Assembly (NCBI GenBank): GCA_001916035.1
Contig: MNRQ01000020.1
Coordinates: 69,819 to 133,818 of the forward strand
Direction of reading: 5' to 3'
Length of the DNA: 64,000 bases
Source of the DNA: Clostridium sp. 27_14
GTDB lineage: Bacteria > Bacillota > Clostridia > TANB77 > CAG-508
Shown in pieces: positions 56,797 through 64,000 of the stretch. Below the pieces are notes generated by a model, which was not told the DNA's origin, did not search any database, and worked only from the letters and a program-made list of their open reading frames with translations. Every line of letters begins with the position of its first letter. Position 1 is the first letter of the stretch. The position numbers and the translations under genes were made by a program.

Positions 56797-59298
56797 TTAA
56801 CAAATTTCTGGATTTTCCTCAATTATTCTATCAACAACGTCATTTTCTAATGAAAATGGAACAACATAACCTTCCAAATTATTCATTTTTTCACTTAAAA
56901 CTTCATTTTTCCTATTTACATATACTTTAGATTTTCCTTTGCCATTTTTGGCCTCTTGAACCAAATTAGAAACCGGTGAATTTCCATCAAAAGCAAGCAC
57001 TATTGACTTTCTTCTTTCAAAAATTTCATAATTAAAACTTTTATAAATTCCTAATTCTTCACTTTCTGTTGATATTCTTATACCTGTTATATTATCATTT
57101 TCCAATCTACTTTTTATCTTCTCATCTATCTTTTTAGGAATAATAGCATAAATTTCAAAACTCTTTCCTTGCTCAATTTCGCTTTCTATAATTGCTTTCT
57201 CATATCCTTCCATTTTATGTCCTATAACAAAAAATACTTTTTTAGGATCTAACTTTCTTACTAAATCATCTATTATATTTTTTCCCTGTTCAGTAACAAA
57301 AGTTACTCTTCCTTTTTTATTAAAACTTCCTCCTGCAACTATAACTGGAACTTTATCTAATGGTAATTCTTTTATCTTGTATTTCAAAACTTCTTCTGAA
57401 TCTACTGTATTTGTGATTCTAAGATCACCAACTTCATCTTTTATCTTTTCTAATTCTTCATTTTCTAGTTCCAATATAGCCTGTCTTAAAGTTCTGCCAT
57501 TCAAAAATTTTTCAAATTTTCTAGACTTTTCTTCAAAAAATCTTTCATTTTGCCCAATCACTTCATCTTCAACAGTTCTCATTTGTTCAAATTCTAGATC
57601 TGTAACATCTAAAAGATTTCTTAAAGCTAGTTGCTCATCAAAAGTATCTGTACCATAAAATCCATTACCATCTGTTCCTTGTACACATTTTACTCCTTCA
57701 CTCAAAAATCTTTTTATTGGATGATTTTCTAACTTACTTAAATTATTTAATCTTATATTAGATGTCAACTGAAATTCTACTATTGTATTAGTCTTCTTCA
57801 TTTTCTCTATTAATTCTTTTCCCTCTTTTGTATTAGGATCTTTTGAATATAAACCATGACCAATTCTAATTCTAGGCATTTTTTGTCCATCTCTTAATGA
57901 TTCCTCTACACATTTTATTGATTTCTCGACATTGTCTTTTAAGCTATCATTTTCACCTGCGTGTATTCTAACTGTAAAGCCTTCATCATAATATGCAATA
58001 TCTTGTACTATTTGCATTATTGCAGGTTTTAAATCTTCTATATCATTTATTTCTTCTCCTATAAAGTCACTTCCAACGACATAAGGATCTTTAGCTATTG
58101 CTTTTAAAACACATACATTTTCTCTTAAATATTTATCACTTGTAAATTGATCTTTTATTATTGTTAATACTACTCTTCTTATACCTGCTAAAAATCTAAT
58201 TTTTACACCCGTTTCTTTTTCCATTTCAGGAAAAATTTGATGTACTTCTTCCAGCAATTTTATTGCCGGTTCACCTATTTTTACCAAATCTGTATCAGCA
58301 ATTTCTACATATTCTATTCTTTGCCTTTGATATTCTCTAGCTATCCATAATAATTTATCCTGTCTTAATACATTATTTCTATAAGGACTTTCTGGCTTGT
58401 TATCTTGTAACATCTTAATTAGCATTTTTCTTATATCTTTTTCTGGTATTCTTTTTACTATTTCTTCATTTAATTCTATCTTATTTTCTGATGATATACC
58501 TTTTGCAAATACATATCTATATATGTAGCATTTCTCCAAGTTTGTAAATACTGCTTGCCCATCTTTTAATATAGATAAACTTACTCTTATTTTTTCTATA
58601 TTTCTTTTTGCATTTTCTAGATTATTTAATATAAAATCTGCAAAATTTATAAAAGTATTATCATCTATTCTCCTTATTAAATATTTTCCTGTTAAATGTG
58701 AATTTGCAAATTCTTTCTCTACTTCTCTTCTTTGCTCCATTATTTTTTCTTCTTGTTCTTTTGACATTACTAAATTCAACTTTTTTATATAATATAAAGG
58801 GTATCTTATTTGATGCTTTATTCCTAATGCTATTAAACAATCTGGTGTTAGTATTGCATTCATGTGTGTATGTAAATCTGTTCTAAATTTACTTTTCTTT
58901 AATATATATGTTTTTACAAAAGTTTTTTCTATTGGTAATTTGTATTTTTTTGTTTGTGACATTAATGTTTTACTAATGGCTGGTATTTGAGCTTTTATTT
59001 CTATTCTATCGTTATATATATTAGCAACTTTTATTCCTCCAAGTCTAAAAGTATAAACTTCTTCATTTTCGCCATTTATCATAGCTTGCATTCTACCTTT
59101 TATTATTTTCATGTCATTATCATTTTTTTCTGTTTCTAAATGACATATTTGTGCTAAATTTGTTATAAGTGTTCCTTTTTTATGATTTGGAGTTTCTAGT
59201 ATATACTCAATTTCGTCTTTTGATATTCTATATAATTTTACTATTACATCTTTTTCTTTGTCTAAATAAAATTCATCAAATACTTTTAATTTTTCCAT
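56797..59298 (-). CDS. 833-aa three-part protein: unknown N-terminal domain, adenosine/AMP-deaminase-fold metallohydrolase, and a LOG/SLOG-like Rossmann domain
   Basis: DLHTHMNA (HxH), RIHAGE, IGHG and GTDGNG in ADA order. The C-terminus has VIVAGGS, VIGHKMEGYEKAI, YAIIPKK and LAFDGNSPVSNLVQEA in LOG-like order. Confidence 0.6.
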   Translation of the reverse strand: MEKLKVFDEFYLDKEKDVIVKLYRISKDEIEYILETPNHKKGTLITNLAQICHLETEKNDNDMKIIKGRMQAMINGENEEVYTFRLGGIKVANIYNDRIEIKAQIPAISKTLMSQTKKYKLPIEKTFVKTYILKKSKFRTDLHTHMNAILTPDCLIALGIKHQIRYPLYYIKKLNLVMSKEQEEKIMEQRREVEKEFANSHLTGKYLIRRIDDNTFINFADFILNNLENAKRNIEKIRVSLSILKDGQAVFTNLEKCYIYRYVFAKGISSENKIELNEEIVKRIPEKDIRKMLIKMLQDNKPESPYRNNVLRQDKLLWIAREYQRQRIEYVEIADTDLVKIGEPAIKLLEEVHQIFPEMEKETGVKIRFLAGIRRVVLTIIKDQFTSDKYLRENVCVLKAIAKDPYVVGSDFIGEEINDIEDLKPAIMQIVQDIAYYDEGFTVRIHAGENDSLKDNVEKSIKCVEESLRDGQKMPRIRIGHGLYSKDPNTKEGKELIEKMKKTNTIVEFQLTSNIRLNNLSKLENHPIKRFLSEGVKCVQGTDGNGFYGTDTFDEQLALRNLLDVTDLEFEQMRTVEDEVIGQNERFFEEKSRKFEKFLNGRTLRQAILELENEELEKIKDEVGDLRITNTVDSEEVLKYKIKELPLDKVPVIVAGGSFNKKGRVTFVTEQGKNIIDDLVRKLDPKKVFFVIGHKMEGYEKAIIESEIEQGKSFEIYAIIPKKIDEKIKSRLENDNITGIRISTESEELGIYKSFNYEIFERRKSIVLAFDGNSPVSNLVQEAKNGKGKSKVYVNRKNEVLSEKMNNLEGYVVPFSLENDVVDRIIEENPEIC

Positions 59299-59357
59299 TT
59301 TTTATCACTTTTCCCTTCATTACCTTCGAAAAAAGCACAGCTTTTGCTGTGTTTTTT

Positions 59358-59434
59358 TGGTGCGCCTGGAGGGATTCGAACCCCCGATCTTCAAGTTCGT
59401 AGCCTGATATTCTATCCAACTAAACTACAGGCGC
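59358..59434 (-). tRNA. tRNA-Arg(ACG)
   Basis: gcgcctgtagtttagttggatagaat, anticodon loop ctACGaa, T-arm gggggttcgaatccctc, encoded CCA, and a terminator hairpin at 59331-59357. Confidence 0.85.
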
Positions 59435-59644
59435 ATATTTGTTTTCTATTTATTAAAAATTAAACCTCACATTTCTTTGTTTATTTTTTCCTTAATACTT
59501 GTACATTTTATATTATACTTTGATTTTTCTTTTTATTCAAGTCTTTTTTTAATTTTTTTTATTTTTTTTTCAAAATCTATTGTCAAATTGTTTTTTTTAT
59601 GGTATATTATATAAGCATTAAGGTTATTTTAATTCGAGGTGTAG

Positions 59645-59720
59645 CGCAGTTGGTAGCGCGCGTGGTTTGGGACCATGAGGTCGCAGGTTCGATCCCTGTC
59701 ACCTCGACCATATTAGACCG
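59645..59720 (+). tRNA. tRNA-Pro(TGG)
   Basis: cgaggtgtagcgcagttggtagcgc, anticodon loop ttTGGga, T-arm gcaggttcgatccctgt, encoded CCA. Confidence 0.9.
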
Positions 59721-59859
59721 TTTTTCAAGAAAATTCAATAGAATTTGAAAACAGTCAAAAATATTTAAAAGTGCTATTTTCTAAGAATTTTAGAGAATAG
59801 CACAATTTTTTTACATTCTAAAAAATTCTCAAAAATTCCAATATTTTGTATAGAAAAAT

Positions 59860-59910
59860 GTTCCGCAATTTTTAAAATCTTTAAAAAAATTGTTCCGCAA
59901 ATTTCCGCAA
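59860..59910 (+). repeat. three TTCCGCAA direct repeats (iteron or operator-like) upstream of repA
   Basis: Copies at 59861-59868, 59893-59900 and 59903-59910. Confidence 0.6.
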
Positions 59911-59977
59911 AGCAAAATTCATTGATATTTAGGCACTTTCAGTGTTGTTCAAAAAAACTGAAAGGAGAACTATTGCT

Positions 59978-60532
59978 ATGGATTTTATACCTTATAAAGT
60001 GAATGAATGTCTTGAAAATACTTTTTATCAAGTTCCAAAAGAACTATTTATAAATCCATATTATGAGAAACTAAATTCAGATAGTAAATTATTATATGCA
60101 CTTTTACTAGATAGACTATCAGTTTCAATGAAAAATGAATGGATTGATGAAGATGGAAATATATTTTTAATATTTTCAAGAAAAGAGGCTGGGGAGAAAC
60201 TAAATTTATCAGACAAAACAGTCACAAAAGCATTTAGAGAGCTAAACAATGTAAAATTGATGTATGAAAAGAGGTTAGGTTTTAGAAAAAAGAATATTAT
60301 CTATGTTGGAAAAATAAATCATATATCAACTGAAAAAATTATGAGCCGTAAAAATTACGATTCAAGAAACGGAAAATTTACGAATCAAGAGTCGGAGATT
60401 TTACGATGTAGTAATAATAAATATAATAAAACTAATTATAGCAATACGCCCCAGAGAAAAAATTCATATTCAAATTATGAACAAAGAGTTTATGAGCCAG
60501 AACAATTAGATAAATTATATTGTAATGTATAA
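59978..60532 (+). CDS. repA: replication initiator protein A (RepA_N family)
   Basis: FYQVPKELFINPYY...SKLLYALLLDR...IFLIFSRKEAGEKLNLSDKTVTKAFRELN. aaaggag RBS precedes the ATG at 59978. Confidence 0.8.
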   Translation: MDFIPYKVNECLENTFYQVPKELFINPYYEKLNSDSKLLYALLLDRLSVSMKNEWIDEDGNIFLIFSRKEAGEKLNLSDKTVTKAFRELNNVKLMYEKRLGFRKKNIIYVGKINHISTEKIMSRKNYDSRNGKFTNQESEILRCSNNKYNKTNYSNTPQRKNSYSNYEQRVYEPEQLDKLYCNV

Positions 60533-60550
60533 AAAAGGAGATTTAAAGAT

Positions 60551-60946
60551 ATGGAAAATATAAAATTAAAAGATAAATTTATTGATGAAAAAACAGGAAT
60601 TGAATATATAAGAAAAGGTGATTTCTACTTTCCAAATTTAGTCGATTCGGCTAGTGTAAATAAAAGTGAACTTGGTAAATATGGAAAATTAAGATTGAAA
60701 TATTTATTAGAGCATAATAAAGTAGAATATACAATTTTATGGCTTGATAATAAATTAAGAAGTCATTTATTAGAAATAGATAAAACAGCCAATGAAAGAT
60801 TTCATTTGTTAATGAAACAATTTGCAGAGCAAGAAAATATAACTAAAGAATTAAAAACAACTAATCAGATGGAATGGGTTAGATGCATGAATAATATTAA
60901 AAATCGTGTTGAAGAAATTATATTTAAAGAATTAATATATGTATAG
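60551..60946 (+). CDS. tnpV: TnpV-like protein
   Basis: GKYGKLRLKYLLEHNK...ERFHLLM...IIFKELIYV. Confidence 0.7.
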   Translation: MENIKLKDKFIDEKTGIEYIRKGDFYFPNLVDSASVNKSELGKYGKLRLKYLLEHNKVEYTILWLDNKLRSHLLEIDKTANERFHLLMKQFAEQENITKELKTTNQMEWVRCMNNIKNRVEEIIFKELIYV

Positions 60947-60963
60947 GGAAAGAGGTAAAAGTT

Positions 60964-61287
60964 ATGGAAGAAATTAGATTATATGATATGGATTCAATTG
61001 AATTTAGAGAGTTAATAGATGCTGCAAGAGTTGAACTAAAAAATAATAATTCCGAATATAAAGAATTAAAAAATAAAGTTAGTGAAATTATGGAGATATA
61101 TCCAAATTTGCAATTGCTTTTTGAAGATGATAAAGTTATGAATTTAAACGAAGAAGAATGCAAAATGTTGCAAAAGTTAGTATCTCTTTATTTACAGATG
61201 AGTGATTATGAAGATAGAAAAATTTTCTTTTTAGGAGCAAGAGAAAACTACTTTTATTTTAAAAATTTAGGAATTATTAAAGATTAA
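60964..61287 (+). CDS. hypothetical protein (107 aa)
   Basis: ORF with gaggtaaaag RBS. Confidence 0.45.
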   Translation: MEEIRLYDMDSIEFRELIDAARVELKNNNSEYKELKNKVSEIMEIYPNLQLLFEDDKVMNLNEEECKMLQKLVSLYLQMSDYEDRKIFFLGARENYFYFKNLGIIKD

Positions 61288-61365
61288 AATAACGTTTATA
61301 AGAGAAGAAATCTAAAACTTTCTTCTATTTTTTGACGTAAAAAATTCTGAAAGGAGCAAACAAAA

Positions 61366-61857
61366 ATGAGAAATAAAGAATTAAAAGTAACACAAGAGTT
61401 TACAAATTTATTTAATGATGAATTAGTAATTTATAAAAATATATTAATAAAAGGAAGAAGTAAAATCACATTTTATAATTATATTATAGTAACAAGAAAA
61501 GGTATTTTTGCAATTACGACTAAAACAATTTTAGGTCGAATGGTAACAGATAAATATAAAGTAAAATGGAAATCTTATATAGGATTTATTCCATTTATTT
61601 TTACAAATCCACCACTAGATGTGAGTTATAAAAGTTGTGATTTAGATTTTGTTTCAGATTGTGAAATGGATAAAATTATTCCAATTTCAATAATAAAAAA
61701 TAAAGGAAAAAATCATTTTTATATTGATATGGATTACACACAAAAAGAAAAATTTTATTATGAATTATCTCATCAACAAGATGTATTTTCTGATAAAGAA
61801 GTCTCGCAAACTTGTGAACTAATAGAGAAAAAAGCACTTGTTTTTAGTAGAGGGTAG
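61366..61857 (+). CDS. hypothetical protein, weakly NERD-like
   Basis: YIIVTRKGIFAITTKT...KWKSY...FTNPP resembles the NERD core, but the acidic residue is not evident. Confidence 0.35.
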   Translation: MRNKELKVTQEFTNLFNDELVIYKNILIKGRSKITFYNYIIVTRKGIFAITTKTILGRMVTDKYKVKWKSYIGFIPFIFTNPPLDVSYKSCDLDFVSDCEMDKIIPISIIKNKGKNHFYIDMDYTQKEKFYYELSHQQDVFSDKEVSQTCELIEKKALVFSRG

Positions 61858-62051
61858 CTACTTGAAAACTTTATGCTATTTTGAAAGCAAGCATCGCATT
61901 TATACTCCCGTATAAATACAGTTTGTCAGTTTTGCATCAAAACTGAACTATGGGGAATTTCTTCCCCAATCCCCTTAAAAATATAAGCAATTTTCTGGCA
62001 GTCTTTAAAAAAATAGACTGTCAATTTTTTTGAAAAAGGAGAATGAAAATT

Positions 62052-62375
62052 ATGAGAAAAAGAAATATAAAAAAACAAATATGGTTAGATACAAAAGAAG
62101 ATGAATTATTAAAAAGAAAATCAAAAGAAGCAGGTTTAAGTGAAGCTGAATTTATTAGAAGTTTAATTAAAGGTTATAGAATAAAAGCACAACCAACTGA
62201 AAAAATAAAATCTTTTCAAAGAGATTTGTATGGCATAGCCAATAATATAAATCAAATTGCTAAAGTTGCAAATTCTAGATACAGTGTTTCGCACGATGAT
62301 TACAAATATATTTCAGATACTTTAGCTAATTTTATTTTAAGGTTTGAAAGGAAGATTTGTTCTAGACAAAAATAA
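62052..62375 (+). CDS. mobC: MobC relaxosome accessory protein
   Basis: SEAEFIRSLIKGY...LYGIANNINQIAKVAN. Confidence 0.8.
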   Translation: MRKRNIKKQIWLDTKEDELLKRKSKEAGLSEAEFIRSLIKGYRIKAQPTEKIKSFQRDLYGIANNINQIAKVANSRYSVSHDDYKYISDTLANFILRFERKICSRQK

Positions 62376-62387
62376 GGGAGGATTTAA

Positions 62388-63713
62388 GTGGCTATTACAA
62401 AATATAAAGTTATTAAGAAAAATTTAGATGCAGTAATAAATTATGCAATGAATGGAGAAAAAACTGAAAATGGTATTTTAGTATCTGGTATAAATTGTTT
62501 ACCACAAACAGCCTATTCTCAAATGATGCTAACTAAAAAAGCATTTCATAAAGAAGATGGCAGATTAGGTTATCATATAATACAATCTTTTAATGGTAAT
62601 GAAATTTCCCCAGAAAAATGTAACAAAATCGGAATAGAACTTGCTGAAGAACTATGGGGCGATAAATATCAAGTTATAGTTTGCACACATACTAATAAGC
62701 AAAATATTCACAATCACATAGTTCTAAACTCTGTTTCATTTATTGATGGAAGTAAATATCATAATTCAAATGTTGAAATTGCTTTACTTCGAGAAACAAA
62801 TGATGATATTTGTAGAAAATATGGACTATCTATAATTAAAAGCACAAAAGCTACTACAGTAAGTGATATATCAAAGAGTAGAATTGCAAATTATAACCGT
62901 AATTCTGGAAAAATGGAACTTATAAAAGCTGATATTGATGAAACAATTAAAGATGCTCAAAAATATGAAGAGTTTGTAGATATATTAGCCTTTAAAGGTT
63001 ATTATATTAAAAAGTCTAGTAATGTTATATCTGTTGCTACTCCGTACTATAATAGAAATATAAGACTTGCAAAAGCATTTGGAGAAGATTATACTTTTGA
63101 AAATATTAAAACTATAATATATCAAGATGCTTTATATGATAGGTATTTAAAAAGAACTAACAATGAAAAAGTATATAAAATAAGAATTTATGATGGTATT
63201 AAAATTGACCAAGAAAAATTAAAAACTTCATCTTTTTATAGATTATATGTTCATTATTTATATTTGCTTGGAAAATTGCCACCTAAAATTCATTATGAAG
63301 AAAAAACAAAAGAATATTATCAAGAAATAGATAAATTTAATAAATTAGCTGATGAAATGAATTTAATATGCACTTATAATCTAAACTCAAACGAAGATGT
63401 TCAAAATTTAAGAATGCAATATATTGAAGAAATTACACCTTTAAAGTCAGAACGAGAAAAAATAAGGCAATTATATAGGAAAACTACCAATGAAACTGAT
63501 AGATCTTTTCTTGAATATAAATTAAATAATCTTACTAAAGATATAGATAAAATAAATTCAAAAATACAAATTTGCAAACGAATTATTACTAAAGCTGAAA
63601 AAGGCGAAAAAGAAGCTATTTTAATTAAAAATAGAGTAGCAGAAAATCAACAAAATAATGAGTTGGAAAACTCAAAAAGTAAAGATAGAAGAATAGATAG
63701 AGCTACTTTTTAG
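62388..63713 (+). CDS. MobA/VirD2-family relaxase
   Basis: GYHIIQSF and HTNKQNIHNHIVLNSV histidine triad. GTG start after gggagga. Confidence 0.85.
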   Translation: MAITKYKVIKKNLDAVINYAMNGEKTENGILVSGINCLPQTAYSQMMLTKKAFHKEDGRLGYHIIQSFNGNEISPEKCNKIGIELAEELWGDKYQVIVCTHTNKQNIHNHIVLNSVSFIDGSKYHNSNVEIALLRETNDDICRKYGLSIIKSTKATTVSDISKSRIANYNRNSGKMELIKADIDETIKDAQKYEEFVDILAFKGYYIKKSSNVISVATPYYNRNIRLAKAFGEDYTFENIKTIIYQDALYDRYLKRTNNEKVYKIRIYDGIKIDQEKLKTSSFYRLYVHYLYLLGKLPPKIHYEEKTKEYYQEIDKFNKLADEMNLICTYNLNSNEDVQNLRMQYIEEITPLKSEREKIRQLYRKTTNETDRSFLEYKLNNLTKDIDKINSKIQICKRIITKAEKGEKEAILIKNRVAENQQNNELENSKSKDRRIDRATF

Positions 63714-63741
63714 TAGTTCTATCTAATTATAAAAATTAATC

Positions 63742-64000
63742 TTAAAATCTTTGTGCCTTATACCATTTAGAAAATTCTCTCATTGCATCTACAGATTCAT
63801 ATTTTATTCTATTTGACCTTTCTTCATCTGTCATTTGAGCTAATGTTTTATCATATCCATAAGGCTTAAATATATACCATAAATCAGACCATTTTTTATC
63901 TGTATCATTACCTAATATTTCTTTAGATAATGTTCCTTCATGTTTTCCCATAAATTGATGTAATTCGTTTCCATCATAATAAGATAAGCATTCTGTAAAT
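63742..64000 (-). CDS. hypothetical protein, 5' end outside the window
   Basis: The frame stays open upstream of the listed ATG (FTECLSYYDGNELHQF-MGKHEG...) to the window edge. Confidence 0.45.
   Translation of the reverse strand, partial: FTECLSYYDGNELHQFMGKHEGTLSKEILGNDTDKKWSDLWYIFKPYGYDKTLAQMTDEERSNRIKYESVDAMREFSKWYKAQRF

Larger units (their letters stand above)
59721..64000. mobile_element. mobilisable element or integrated plasmid-like island at the 3' side of tRNA-Pro (right end outside the window)
   Basis: RepA_N initiator, TnpV, MobC and a MobA/VirD2 relaxase lie directly after the tRNA. Confidence 0.65.

Noticed and set aside
56797-59298. RADAR (RdrA/RdrB) defence system
   Set aside because: No large KAP/AAA ATPase partner lies on either side; the neighbours are a tRNA and an aminopeptidase. 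Canonical two-gene RADAR is therefore not supported, so only the deaminase-fold similarity is retained.

Overview
Very AT-rich (by eye about 25-30% GC) chromosomal segment from a low-GC Firmicute that looks Clostridia-like, using the standard code. From 0 to 40.3 kb it is mostly housekeeping DNA, largely on the minus strand. This part carries a frameshifted glutamate-synthase-like oxidoreductase, murI, a family-4 UDG, pgeF, addB (with no adjacent addA), ogg, a YitT-type protein, a radical SAM protein, rnc, a G5/SH3/glucosaminidase wall hydrolase, tRNA-Cys and tRNA-Gly, topA, dinB, an SDR, a dTMP-kinase-like protein, a dGTPase-like HD protein, a DAACS symporter, a split GGDEF gene, tRNA-fMet, comEA, a PBP5-type carboxypeptidase, an LCP protein, cvpA and a GldA/F/G-like ABC system. 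Three things stand out in this core part: a ~600-nt structured non-coding region upstream of a small 4-TM protein (candidate OLE RNA/OapA pair, 19.96-21.14 kb), a convergent small-ORF/small-RNA module that looks like a type I toxin-antitoxin (13.96-14.32 kb), and a composite hairpin repeat present in inverted copies on both sides of comEA-dac. From 41.05 to about 54.9 kb, directly after tRNA-Arg(TCT), lies a stack of decayed mobile DNA. It holds two large serine recombinases (both frameshifted), three MobV/Pre relaxase genes (one intact, two decayed), TnpV, small higher-GC cargo ORFs and a tyrosine integrase plus XRE module, with an internal imperfect direct repeat of the tRNA-flanking sequence. 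After an M18 aminopeptidase comes an unusual 833-aa protein with an adenosine-deaminase fold and a LOG/SLOG-like C-terminus, then tRNA-Arg(ACG) and tRNA-Pro(TGG). A second mobilisable element follows (RepA_N, TnpV, MobC, MobA/VirD2 relaxase) and runs off the window. Several reading frames are broken, and four of the breaks sit in the same A-CGG-A context. This could be assembly error, gene decay or recoding, and the sequence alone cannot decide. No CRISPR array, rRNA or prophage structural genes were seen.
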